The translations under genes and the position numbers were made by a program. Shown piece by piece: positions 1 to 11,894 of a stretch of 64,000 nt of DNA. This DNA is from Eledone cirrhosa. Its lineage: Eukaryota. The DNA lies in the NCBI GenBank assembly GCA_964016885.1, contig OZ024748.1, positions 38,564,001-38,628,000 on the forward strand. The letters run 5' to 3'. How positions within the stretch are numbered: the stretch's first letter is position 1; each line of letters starts with the position of its first letter. The notes beneath the pieces were generated by a model. It was given only the letters and a program-made list of their open reading frames with translations. It was not told the origin of the DNA and did no database searches.

Positions 1-51
1 CCTGAAAGTGTTGAAGACATGATGGTGATAATGGAGTTGTTTGTATTTCAG

Positions 52-154
52 TTTTGAATCTTGGTTTGACATAGAACGCATTGGACAAGAGAATGCTGAG
101 GAAGAAATTGTTGCTAGTGAAGAGAAAGACCATATTTTATCAATGCTCCACCAA
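52..154 (+). CDS. HELLS: HELLS/LSH internal exon (FESWFDIERIGQENAEEEIVASEEKDHILSMLHQ); gene starts upstream of the window
   Basis: tttcAG acceptor at 50-51 and GTaagt donor at 155; the FESWFD...LHQ segment matches HELLS/DDM1 just after the ATPase lobe. Confidence 0.9.
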
Positions 155-164
155 GTAAGTATGG

Positions 165-420
165 CACCATTTAAACATGTCTTTAAGTCTGAGAGGGGAA
201 AGTTTAGGGCTTATGGTGCCATCTACCAATGTCTTTAAGTCTGAGAGGTGAAAGTTTAGGGCTTATGGTGCCATCTACCAATGTCTTTAAAGGCTGGGAG
301 GGGAGAGTTTAGGACTTGTGGTGCCATCTACCAATGTCTTTAAAGGCTGGGAGGGGAGAGTTTAGGACTTGTGGTGCCATCTACCAATGTCTTTAAAGGC
401 TGGGAGGGGAGAGTTTGGGA
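165..420. repeat. intronic minisatellite, ~53-bp unit, ~4.5 copies
   Basis: gtgccatctaccaatgtctttaa recurs, e.g. at 321 and 374. Confidence 0.85.
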
Positions 421-716
421 TATTTCCTCTTCTATTTTCTGATCTTCTGATACTCTTGGGTGACATACATTTAATTATTAATATCCTGTACCACATGAAA
501 CCACATAAGCAAGACATTCTTGAAAAGTAACAAAACAACGTTACGATTACATCACATCCATTATTCTAATACTGCAGGTTTTCACAACAATCTGTCCATT
601 AGTAAAGATACTATAAACATTTGAATTAACAAACCTGTTTTTAAATTTTTTCTGGTAAATTATTACAGGATGTTAATGTTAATGGCAATATGATGATGAT
701 GATGTGTTCTTTTCAG

Positions 717-875
717 ATTCTCACTCCTTTCATGCTGCGACGTCTCAAATCTGATGTAGAATTGGTGATACCACCCAAGAAAGAGGTCCTTGTCTTCTGT
801 CCTCTCAGCAAACTTCAGCAGACTTTCTACAAAGCAACATTGGATAACACCATCGAAGACTTGCTGTATAAAAAG
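717..875 (+). CDS. HELLS: HELLS exon (ILTPFMLRRLKSDVELVIPPKKEVLVFCPLSKLQQTFYKATLDNTIEDLLYKK)
   Basis: tttcAG / GTtggt; SNF2 motif PFxLRRxKxDV..PPKKE; in frame with previous exon. Confidence 0.95.
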
Positions 876-914
876 GTTGGTTAACCTTCATTTCTGAAAC
901 CTTCTCGTGTTAGA

Positions 915-1142
915 CCTGGCAAATCACATTGGAATGATTGCTGGGTGAAGAAGTGCCAGGAAATCCCAATAGAAGGAAGCCCAGGAAAGACCTGGGCAGA
1001 GGTGAGAGCTGATTTCAGGTGTCTGAGAGACTCCCAGAGGAGATGACGAAGGAATGTGACGAGTGGAGAGATGCTGTGCTGAAAAAGACATGTCCAACCC
1101 ATGCAAACATAGAACAGCAGGCGTAAAAACGATGATGATGAT
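915..1142 (+). mobile_element. decayed 3' end of an RTE-type LINE with (GAT)n tail
   Basis: remnant RPxKTW / WRxAV coding trace, then caacccatgc...cgtaaaaacgatgatgatg. Confidence 0.55.
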
Positions 1143-1519
1143 ATCTCTTACGTTTTTCTATCTTTGGAGGAATAGTAAAATGTGTTTACATTTCATACAT
1201 TAGTTTATTTCACAGCAAAGTTTTCTAATTAAAAGGTGATAATTATGTATCTTAAAGTCTTCAAATGTATGTTTGCTCATAAATATTCCTTATTTAATTA
1301 ATTACATTGTTAATTGTAAAGCTCATTAGGCAAAACAAACTGACCATTTCAGCTATTTACTGTATTCTCTATGATATGTATACTGTTACTATAACAATAT
1401 TACAGGGAATTATAACAGTAGGCGATGACACACGACCGTGACCTCTGGCGTCGCGCAGTAATACAGAGTACTCGACCTCCCATGGGTACAAGCTGAAGCA
1501 TATAGACAATATGCCCCCA

Positions 1520-1800
1520 CACCCTCCCACTGCAAAGTGGTCGTGGAGGTGCCACGGCAAAAAAGCACCCAGCCCACACTGTAAAGTGGACGTGTAGGCG
1601 CCACGGAAAAAAAGCACCCAGCACTCACTGTAAATGAGGTTGGTGTTAGGAAAGGCATCCAGTTGTAGAAATCAAGCCAAAATCAGTTCCTGTATGAGCA
1701 AGGCATGGTCAGCCGACCAGACACTGCCCACAACAGGACAACCCGTCTAACCCATGCTAGCATGGAAGAACGGACGTAAAACGGTGATGATGATGATGAT
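1520..1800 (+). mobile_element. SINE-like repeat ending in an RTE-type tail (ccatgctagcatgg...gatgatgat)
   Basis: same family seen inverted at ~7965-8130 and ~23703-23920, and decayed at ~7070-7200. Confidence 0.6.
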
Positions 1801-2035
1801 TTTCTAATGCGGTCACAACAATGTCTGAGATACACAAGGATAATCTGTTATATTGTTTTGTGTATGGTAAAGTAGCTGAAAGTGTTTATATATAATTCAT
1901 ACTTCATTTATTCCACATCAAAGGCTGCTAATTCAAACATGGCTGTTGTATCTACCTTAAGTTTACCATATATGTCATCAAGTTTGTATTGACTAACAAG
2001 TTAAAACAGTTCTTCGTGTTGTCTTTGTTTCTCAG

Positions 2036-2115
2036 GACAAAGAACAAAGGATAAAAGTGGACAAGAAAGGCCGTCCAGTTCGACGTTCAACCAGGAACGA
2101 AAGTGATGTACCCAG
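2036..2115 (+). CDS. HELLS: HELLS linker exon (DKEQRIKVDKKGRPVRRSTRNESDVP)
   Basis: ctcAG / GTaagg; phase 0 in and phase 2 out, matching both neighbours; GRPxRRxR basic linker; not in the ORF track. Confidence 0.8.
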
Positions 2116-2149
2116 GTAAGGGGATGTTCGTTGTCTCTCACAGGCACTT

Positions 2150-2700
2150 CATTACCACCACCACCATCATCATCTCCACCATTACCACTACCATCACTAC
2201 CATCATCATCATCTCCACCATCACCACCACCATCATCATCTCCACCATTACCACTACCATCATCATCGTCTCCACCATTATCACCACCACCATCATCATC
2301 TCCACCATTATCACTACCATCATCATCATCTTCACCATTACCACTACCATCACTACCATCATCATCATCTCCACCATCACCACTACCATCATCATCATCA
2401 TCACCACCACCATCACCATCATCATCATCATTTCCACCATCACCATCACCGTCATCACCACCACCACCATCATCATCATCTCCACCATCACTACCATCAC
2501 CACCATCATCATCACTACCATCAGCACCACCATCATCACCATCACCATCACCACCACCATCATCACCATCACTATCATCACCATCATCATCATCTCCACC
2601 ATCACCATCACCACAATCACCACCACCATCATCATCTCCACCATCACCATCACAATCATCACTGCCATCATCTTCACCATCACCACCATCACCATCATGA
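2150..2700. repeat. (CAC/CAT)n low-complexity tract
   Basis: direct reading. Confidence 0.95.
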
Positions 2701-2789
2701 TTCAAAGGTTCACTCCTTGCTCAGAGTGCCACACAGTAGAGTATACCCAGGAACTATGAGGTTCTGAACCAAACTGTTTAACACTTTAG

Positions 2790-4820
2790 TATTTACATTA
2801 CTCTATATATATCCTATTGTATTTTCACAGTAAAGGCTTTACCTCACATAATATCTCATATAACATTTACATTACTCTATATATCCTATTGTATTTTCAC
2901 AGTAAAGGCTTTACCTCACATAATATCTCAGATAACATTTACATTACTCTATATATATTGTATTTTCACAGTAAAGGCTTTACCTCACATAATATCTCAG
3001 ATAACATTTACATTACTCTATATTTACTATTGTATTTTCACAGTAAAGGCTTTACCTCACATAATATCTCAGATAACATTTACATTACTCTATATATACT
3101 ATTGTATTTTCACAGTAAAGGCTTTACCTCACATAATATCTCACATAACATTTACATTACTCTATATATATTATTGTATTTTCACAGTAAAGGCTTTACC
3201 TCACATAATATCTCAGATAACATTTACATTACTCTATATATATCCTATTGTATTTTCACAGTAAAGGCTTTACCTCACATAATATCTCACATAACATTTA
3301 CATTACTCTATATATATTATTGTATTTTCACAGTAAAGGCTTTACCTCACATAATATCTCATATAACATTTACATTACTCTATATATATTATTGTATTTT
3401 CACAGTAAAGGCTTTACCTCACATAATATCTCAGATAACATTTACATTACTCTATATATACTATTGTATTTTCACAGTAAAGGCTTTACCTCACATAATA
3501 TCTCAGATAACATTTACATTACTCTATATATACTATTGTATTTTCACAGTAAAGGCTTTACCTCACATAATATCTCAGATAACATTTACATTACTCTATA
3601 TATATTATTGTATTTTCACAGTAAAAGCTTTACCTCACATAATACCGCACATAACATTTACATTACTCTCTATATACTATTGTATTTTCACAGTAAAGGC
3701 TTTACCTCACATAATATCTCAGATAACATTTACATTACTCTATATATACTATTGTATTTTCACAATAAAGGCTTTACCTCACGTAATATTTACATTACTG
3801 TATATATACTATTGTATTTTCACAAAAAAGGCTTTACCTCACATAACATTTACATTACTCTATATATACTATTGTATTTTCACAGTAAAGGCTTTACCTC
3901 ACATAATATCTCACATAACATTTACATTACTCTATATATACTATTGTATTTTCACTGTAAAAGCTTTACCTCACATAATATCTCACATAACATTTACATT
4001 ACTCTATATATATTATTGTATTTTCACAATAAAGGCTTTATCTCACATACCATTTACAATATTCTATATATACTATTGTATTTTAACAGTAAAGGCTTTA
4101 CCTCACATAATATCTCACATAACATTTACATTACTCTATATATACTATTGTATTTTTATGGTAAAGGCTTTACCTCACATAATATCTCATAACATTTACA
4201 TTACTCTATATATACTATTGTATTTTCACATTAAAGGCTTTACCTCACATAATATCTACATTACTCTATATATACTAATGTTTTTTTCACCGTAAAGGCT
4301 TTACCTCACATAATATCTCACATAACATTTACATTACTCTATATATACTATTGTATTTTCACAGTAAAGACTACCTCACATAATATCTCACATAACATTT
4401 ACATTACTCTATATATACTATTGTATTTTCACAGTAAAGACTTTACCTCACATAATATCTCACATAACATTTACATTACTCTATATATACTATTGTATTT
4501 TCACATTAAAGGCTTTACCTCACATAATATCTACATTACTCTATATATACTGATGTTTTTTTCACCGTAAAGGCTTTACCTCACATAATATCTCACATAA
4601 CATTTACATTACTCTATATATACTATTGTATTTTCACAGTAAAGGCTTTACTTCACATAATATCTCACATAACATTTACATTACTCTATATATACTATTG
4701 TATTTTCACAGTAAAGACTTTACCTCACATAATATCTCACATAACATTTACATTACTCTATATATACTATTGTATTTTCGTGGTAAAGGCTTTATGTCAT
4801 ATAATATCTCACATAATATC
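2790..4820. repeat. 72-bp AT-rich minisatellite, ~28 copies, within a HELLS intron
   Basis: unit spacing 72 (ataatatctc at 3061 and 3133); explains the 24-aa periodic ORFs. Confidence 0.95.
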
Positions 4821-5060
4821 GAATCTACGAGATTTTGATGTTATTTATTTTGAGAACAATACCTTAACATCAGTATGAGTGACCAATTACAACCTGTTTG
4901 AACCGAAAAAGATGAGAGAATTCCTGCCAGATATGTCCGGTTTAAATGCTAAAGGGTTAACCACACAGCTGTCCATTTTTACGAGGTTGTAAACGAAACT
5001 ATTTAACCATACAGCCAACCATTTCCTGCCTCTCTATCATATTTGTTTTGTGTTTTACAG

Positions 5061-5283
5061 GGACGACAAGTCAAATTCTCCACTGTCAGAATCTTTGATA
5101 AATCTGAAGATGAACAATGTAATGATGGTTTTAAGGAAGATATGTAACCATCCTTATCTAATAGAACATCCCCTTAACTCTAAAACTGGTGAATTAGCAC
5201 TTGATGAGGGCCTTGTGAAGAAAAGTGGGAAAGTAGCCATGTTGGATTGTATGCTGCCAGTGTTAAAGAAAAATGGTCACAAG
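5061..5283 (+). CDS. HELLS: HELLS exon (DDKSNSPLSESLINLKMNNVMMVLRKICNHPYL...SGKVAMLDCMLPVLKKNGHK)
   Basis: ttacAG / GTccgt; LRKxCNHPYL and SGK motifs of the SNF2 helicase C-lobe. Confidence 0.95.
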
Positions 5284-5414
5284 GTCCGTCACGTATTGAG
5301 TCCTTTAATTTGTTGGCTTCTCTTTATTTTGTAAGATGGTCGTGCTGGTGATGTGACAAACAGCACCCAGTCCAACCTGTCAAGTGGTCATGCTGGTGAT
5401 ATACAACAAAAAGC

Positions 5415-6136
5415 CATCACTATCACCACCACCACCACCATCATTACCACCACCACCATCAGCATCACCACCATCATCATCACCATGACCACCACTACAC
5501 CACCACCACCACGACCACCACCACTACAACTATCACCACCACGACCACCATCACCACCACCACCACACCATCACCACCACCACTATCACCAACACTACCA
5601 ACACCACTACACCACCATCACCACCACCGTCACTACACCATTGCAAAACCACCACCACCACCAAACCACCACCACCACCACCACTACACCACCACACCAC
5701 CATCACCACCACCACTACACCACTACCACCACACCACCACCACCACCACTACACCACCATCACCACTACCACCACTACACCACCATCACCACTACCACCA
5801 CTACACCACCATCACCACCACCACCACCACCACCACCACTACACCACCATCACCACCACTACACCACCACCACCACCACCACTACCACCACCACTCCACC
5901 ACCACCACCACTACACCACCATCACCACTCCACCACTACCACCACCACTACACCACCATCATCACCACCACCACCACTACCACCACCATCACCACCACCA
6001 CCACCACTACACCACCATCACTACCACCACCACCACTACACCACCACCACCACCACTACACCACCATCACCACTACACCACCACTACTACCACCACCACT
6101 ACACTACCACCACCACTACACCACCATCATCACCAT
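5415..6136. repeat. (CAC/CTA)n low-complexity tract
   Basis: direct reading. Confidence 0.95.
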
Positions 6137-6164
6137 TTTACATCTCTTTCTCTTCTTTCTTCAG

Positions 6165-6284
6165 GTTCTGATTTTTTCTCAGTTTGTTCAAGTGTTGAAT
6201 ATTCTAGAAGACTATTGCTACCTCAGGGATTTCGAGTATTGTCGGCTGGATGGCGGGGTGAACTTTGAAGAGAGGCAGGAGCAG
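6165..6284 (+). CDS. HELLS: HELLS exon ([40 protein letters not shown])
   Basis: tcAG / GTgagg; VLIFSQ and RLDG motifs. Confidence 0.95.
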
Positions 6285-6409
6285 GTGAGGGACACCACTT
6301 TCTTGTTGTTAGGGGGTTGTCATCATCTCAATTATATCTTCATCCTCAGTTATATATATCATCATCATTCACATCAAATGTCCTTATTAGAACCTTCCTC
6401 TGATATTGT

Positions 6410-6913
<504 letters not shown>

Positions 6914-7487
6914 TAGAAATAGCAGCTGGTTGGGAGGGAGCTAAATCGTTCACATTCTTTATATAACAGTTAAAGCTGTTTTCTCTGATCACAGAGAGTA
7001 CTGGGTGCATTTTGTCTTGGAACCAGCACTACCACTTTACAATAGAGTGTAAATGCATCCAGTAGACTCTGTAAGGTGCATCCAGCTGTAGAAACCATGC
7101 CAAAAGGTGTTGAATGTATGAGCAAGATGTGGTTCACTGAGCCATATAATGATGGAGCATGACAACCTATACAGCCCATGCCAAAATGATGATGATGATA
7201 GTTTGGCTTTACTGTCAATAATGACATCATCTTGAAGGTGGTGGACTGGCTGAATTGGTAGAGCATCATATATGCCATTATGGCATTTGTTCTGTCTCTT
7301 TACATTCTGTGTTCAAATCCTGCCACTGTCAACTTTGCCTTTCATCCCTCCAGTGTCAAATAAATAAAGTACCGGTCACATATTGAATTTCCTCCCCTCC
7401 CCCCAAAAAATTGTTGGCCTTGTACCCTAAATCAGAAACAATTATTATTATTTCTAAATTGCTTTCATTACTTTCGCCACTGGTCAG

Positions 7488-7647
7488 AATCCCCAGTGTG
7501 ATATCCAAGCCCAAGACCGGTGTCATCGTATTGGTCAAGTGAAGCCTGTTGTAGTTTATAGGTTGGTCTCACGTAACACTATTGACCAAAGAATCGTTGA
7601 GAGAGCAACGGCCAAACGAAAACTGGAGAAGATGATAATCCACCAAG
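7488..7647 (+). CDS. HELLS: HELLS exon ([53 protein letters not shown])
   Basis: gtcAG / GTttgt; motif [13 protein letters not shown] and HELLS-typical AKRKLEKxIIH. Confidence 0.95.
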
Positions 7648-7689
7648 GTTTGTTACTTTCTTTTGCTTTATTGTTGATGACTTGTAATC

Positions 7690-7955
7690 CTTGTATATAA
7701 GGCTACTTTACCTGTATATAATACTACTTTATCTGTATATAAGGTTACTTTATCTGTATATAAGGCTCGTTTATCTGTATATAAGGATACTTTATTTGTA
7801 TATTACACTACTTTATCTGTATATAAGGCTACTTTATCTGTTAATAAAGCAACCGTCTGCCATATGGCAAGTACGAGTTAGATTCCAGTATAAGGGTACA
7901 TTGTCTGTAGAAGGATATATTGTTTCTATATAAGGGTGTATTGCCTGTATATAAG
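7690..7955. repeat. 21-bp minisatellite (tatctgtatataaggctactt)
   Basis: direct reading. Confidence 0.75.
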
Positions 7956-8149
7956 AATATCATCATTTCATCATCATTTTACGTCCGCTTTTTCCCTGCT
8001 TGCAAGGGTGGGACGGGAACTGATTCTGGCTTGATTTCTACAGCTGGATGCCCTTCCTAACACCAACCTCATTTACAGTGAGTGCTGGTTGCTTTTTTGC
8101 CGTGGCACCTCCACGACCACTTTGCAGTGGAATGATAGGGATCCCAGTC

Positions 8150-8301
8150 CCTATCATCTCATTTCTACAGCTGAGTAAACTGGAGCAATGTGAAATAAAG
8201 TGTCTTGCTCAAGGAAACAACACATCACCCGGTCTGAGAATTGAACTCACAACCTTTCGATTGCAAGGCCAATGCTCTAACCACTAAGCCATGTGCCTCC
8301 A
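8150..8301 (-). mobile_element. tRNA-derived SINE head
   Basis: minus strand reads tggcttagtggttagagc (A box) ... gagttcaattct (B box). Confidence 0.75.
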
Positions 8302-8505
8302 TATATATTGTTTCTATATAAGTGTACAATGTTTGTATAAGGATATGTTATTTAAATATGAGGTCAACTTTGCCTGTCCTCCTTTTGAAGTTGATAAAAT
8401 AAAGAACCAGTAAAGTACTGGAGTTGATTTAATTGACTCTCTTCCTCTCTCCTCCCTCCCAAATTTCTGGCCTTGTACCTTGATTAGAAATTATTATTGT
8501 TTTAG

Positions 8506-8706
8506 GAAAATTCAAGTGTGGTATAAAGAATTTCAGCACCAGTTTGTCTGCAATTAGTGCTCAAGAATTAAAGGAACTTCTCCAATGTTCCGAACATGAA
8601 GAGATCTATGAAGGAAAGAACAACTCAAGTGTGATCAGTAAAGCAGATCTTCAGAAGTTGTTAGACCGATCTGACTTCCTTGATAAACAGTCACAGAAAA
8701 ACAAAG
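8506..8706 (+). CDS. HELLS: HELLS exon (GKFKCGIKNFSTSLSAISAQELKELL...ISKADLQKLLDRSDFLDKQSQKNK)
   Basis: tttAG / GTatat; ELxELL and ISxxDLxxLLDRSD motifs of the HELLS/DDM1 C-terminus. Confidence 0.9.
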
Positions 8707-8931
8707 GTATATTTATATATTTCAATGTACTTTGGTAGGGTCATGCAATGAAAAAATACACCTGTTGGATTTCTATTGAACTTATTATTATAATTTCCCA
8801 GTCAGTTAATTTTAATAACTGGATGGTTATTTAGTTGTTGATTGTTTAAACTCTTTTGCCACACATTTCGTAACCTCCTCAGTGACTACTTTTGTTCTTA
8901 CTTTGTGTTTCTCCTTTGTCATCAAGAAAGC

Positions 8932-8978
8932 TTTCCTGATGATTTCTTTTGAATGAAACATCTCTAGTCCTGTAGAAG
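8932..8978 (+). ncRNA. hammerhead-like motif, family 1 (partly decayed)
   Basis: tttc CTGATGA t ttc tttt gaa t GAAA ca..ctg TA gaag; better copy at 14406-14452(-). Confidence 0.5.
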
Positions 8979-9007
8979 CCATTTCTATATTAAACATATA
9001 TATATAT

Positions 9008-9365
9008 ATATTATAAAGAAAACGAAAAATTAGTGATGCATCTGGACTTAGTTTATTTTGTGTTACAAATGTTTCACCGGCATGTAGCTCGAGTCATGGT
9101 CCTTGTATGGATCTGGCTGATTCTACTTCTGCGGGTTCTTTCAGACACGGGTGTTATGTCCAGAGCAAATTTTATCACTAAATAAATATAAAATTTGATA
9201 AAATTTGCTCCGGACATAACACCCGTGTTTGAAAGAACCCGCAGAAGTAGGATCAGCCAGATCCATACAAGGACCATGACTCGAGCTACATGCCGGTGAA
9301 ACATTTGTAACACAAAATAAACTAAGTCCAGATGCATCACTGATTTTTCGTTTTCTTTATAATAT
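9008..9365. mobile_element. fold-back palindrome (~170-bp arms) with one HHR-like motif per arm (9060-9148 -, 9225-9313 +), family 2
   Basis: arms are near-perfect reverse complements; gtgt CTGAAAGA acc..ggt GAAA catttg TA acac (one extra nt at N7; + copy has TTGA); (TA)n on the left. Confidence 0.75.
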
Positions 9366-9604
9366 CTACACTCTACTCTGATGAATATCAAGTGCTAATT
9401 TTGGCATACTGCCTACGGAAGCACCATAGCTACCACTATACACAAATATATATATGTATGTATATACAAGCAGAAGGGATATTTAATTTGTTGGAAATTC
9501 AACAAATATAAATGTTTATAACTGATTCAGAGCACTCGACAGATTTCTGGAGTAAATATTCAATGATATTAAATAAATGGAAACTATATTTCTAAAACCA
9601 TATT

Positions 9605-9666
9605 TATTCTATTATATATATTTCAAGGGTACCAAAACCTTTGGTACGCTTTCATCAGATAAAATA
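9605..9666 (-). ncRNA. minimal type I hammerhead ribozyme
   Basis: tattttat CTGATGA aagcgtacc..ggtaccctt GAAA tatata TA atagaata; 8-bp stem I and palindromic ATATATAT stem III. Confidence 0.85.
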
Positions 9667-9797
9667 CAAAGTGTGTTTTATAAATTTTGACATAGCCAAG
9701 GAACATACCTTATCAGTTGAATTTTGTCTATCCAAGGAAAATTCAACTGATAAGGTATGTTCCTTGGCTATGTCAAAATTTATAAAACACACTTTGC

Positions 9798-9857
9798 ATT
9801 TTATCTGATGAAAGCGTACCAAAGTTTTTGGTACCCTTGAAATATATATAATAGAAT
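9798..9857 (+). ncRNA. minimal type I hammerhead ribozyme (sense to HELLS pre-mRNA)
   Basis: attttat CTGATGA aagcgtacc aaagttttt ggtaccctt GAAA tatata TA atagaat. Confidence 0.85.
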
Positions 9858-9912
9858 AAATATGGTTTTATAAATATAGTTTCTATTTATATGTATATAT
9901 ATATATATATAT

Positions 9913-9955
<43 letters not shown>

Positions 9956-10049
9956 TGTCACCAATATACTTTACATAGCAATAAAAATGATTGCTATGAA
10001 TCCAGTTTAGAGAAGTTTATAAATATAAAAATATCTTAAATAAAAATAC

Positions 10050-10470
10050 AGACTACCCAATGGGGTAGATCCTAGTAAACTAATTTAAAAACTTCACAAA
10101 CCCTTGAGGTAGAGTATTCTTTTTCTTATGAAACTACATTAAGAGGAATATTTGTTGAGCCTGCTAGCTTTAGGTGGCTTAACAAATACTTTACCCCTAG
10201 GGAAAGATGCTTGTAAAGTTTTATATTTTAGATTACTAGGATCTACCCTTTGGTTCGTCTCTATTTCGCTCACTCAATACCCGTGTTTTTCTTTTTATTC
10301 TTCTCCGCATTCCTTTCTCTTTTCACACTTTATCTTTTATTTCTATCTTCTGATCAAGGACTTGGGTCCGAAATGTTAAGACTATTTTTCCTGCTTATTT
10401 CAAGCGTTAAACTAATATATTTCTTCAATGTACTGTGTTGTTTGCTTTGTTATTTCTGTCTACCTTTTAC
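10050..10470 (+). mobile_element. decayed pLTR-like repeat with short inverted 5' part and a mutated HHR at 10346-10381 (family 4)
   Basis: gggtagatcctagtaa / ttactaggatctaccc inversion; tctt CTGATCA a ggac ttgg gtcc GAAA tg TT aaga (G8>C). Confidence 0.55.
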
Positions 10471-10917
10471 ATATACATATATATATATGTGAGTGTGTGT
10501 GTGCATCATCATCAGTCCCTTGACTTTTGTAGTCGCCATGGGAGTTCTACTGCAGAAGCAGCACACACTCAAAATAGTTTATCAACAGCGGCCGTCAACA
10601 AATCTGGTGTTCTCATTTGCGTCCATTTGGCATTGTCCAACCAGTTTTGTGTCTCCTCCTGTGTCCCCCTTCAACGGTGCCTTGCAGTCTTACACAGGCT
10701 GATAATGAGGTGTCACCTGTCATACTGTCAGATGTAACTTTTAACTACACTTATACAGAAGTATATATATTATAATGCAACATATGTATTTAATCCCGTC
10801 CAATTCTTTATCATATCTGTAGTATCTATTTACAATATCTCTCTAGTTACTCTTGATTTATCTCCCCTTCTTTCAATATGTCTTCTATTTATTTTTGTTT
10901 TCCTTCTTTTCCTCCAG

Positions 10918-11051
10918 GTCAAAAGAAGTCAAACAAAATCTGCAAAGAAGTCGCTGGAGTGTTTAAAGTTATTGAAACTGAGGAGAATTCTTCTAATTTA
11001 TCCAATATTATTGATTTAAAGAACAAAGTCTTAGACACTAAAGTTCCTTAA
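10918..11051 (+). CDS. HELLS: HELLS terminal coding exon (GQKKSNKICKEVAGVFKVIETEENSS...KVP*)
   Basis: long pyrimidine tract plus cAG; phase 1 fits; GxFKVI motif; TAA at 11049-11051. Confidence 0.85.
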
Positions 11052-11226
11052 TAATCCAAACCAAAAACAAAATCAAAACAAAAAACAAGACTACATTCAT
11101 TTTTTTTTTTTTTTTTTTTAAATGTTTTTGGTGTTTATCATTTCATAATGTTAATAACTTTTTTTTTTTTCCTTGTCATCTTATTTTCATTGTCTGTTTC
11201 TGAAACAAAACAAAGAAAGAATGTCT

Positions 11227-11618
11227 GTTATACTTTGGAAGGGTCATCTTGTCCTAATATTGCCCTGGAAATAATAAAACACACTCAGTTTGGTTTGGTT
11301 TTTGCTTTAGTATATTTTTATATTTCTATAAATAATTTAACTGGTAATCAATGTTTATTATTGATTGACCAACAGTTAAAAATATAAATATGAATAAGTT
11401 CTTTCATCACACATATCTGTGACATCTTCAGTGTGATGAAAGAACTTTAAGAAACTATATTTTTAACTGTTGGTCAATCAATGATAAACATTGATTACCA
11501 GCTAAATTAATTATAGAAATATAAAAATATACTGAAGCAAAAACCAAACCAAACAGTGAGTGTGTTTTACTATTTTGGGGGTAATATTAGGACAAGATGA
11601 CCCTTCCAAAATATAACA
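11227..11618. mobile_element. old fold-back palindrome (family 5 pLTR) just 3' of the HELLS stop codon
   Basis: arms ~11227-11412 and ~11431-11618; gttatactttggaagggtcat shared with 30585; HHR core remnant CTGAAGA t gtcaca..tgtgat GAAAgaacTT on - at 11397-11434. Confidence 0.8.
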
Positions 11619-11894
11619 TCTCTTTTAACACACGATTTCATATTAAATACATTGCTGCTAATAATGTTACAATGTTTCACATCTCTTTCGTTAAAGGATT
11701 GCTCTCTCACCCCTCTCAGGGCCTAATTACCCCTTAATCAGGACCTAATAAATCTCTTTATTCAAATCAATGTATAAATTATAATATATAAAGTTTCTAA
11801 TTCCTTTCCTTTTTTGTTTTGTTTTATTTTATTTTATTTTATTGACTGGTTGTTTTTTCACATCATTGCACCCTCCACTGGACCCCACATGTCG

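Larger units (their letters stand above)
9573..9890. mobile_element. fold-back palindrome of PLE pseudo-LTR ends, family 3
   Basis: ~155-bp arms; terminus homologous to 31548-31660, the inverted pLTR end of the PLE at 32.6-34.2 kb; (TA)n on the right. Confidence 0.85.

Noticed and set aside
2001-2759. Long D/G-, T/I-, S/P- and V/M-rich ORFs
   Set aside because: Translations of a trinucleotide tract inside a HELLS intron; the same applies to 5353-6171, 35.0-37.2 kb and 54.7-55.8 kb
2817-4838. 492-aa and 314-aa periodic ORFs
   Set aside because: 72-bp minisatellite lacking stops in some frames; intronic, and flanking exon phases already match
8230-8301. tRNA gene
   Set aside because: A/B boxes present but no clean cloverleaf, and it continues into a SINE body; called a SINE head
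9074-9391. 105-aa ORF, and the mirrored ORFs at 15945-16149
   Set aside because: By-products of palindromic repeats; no protein motifs
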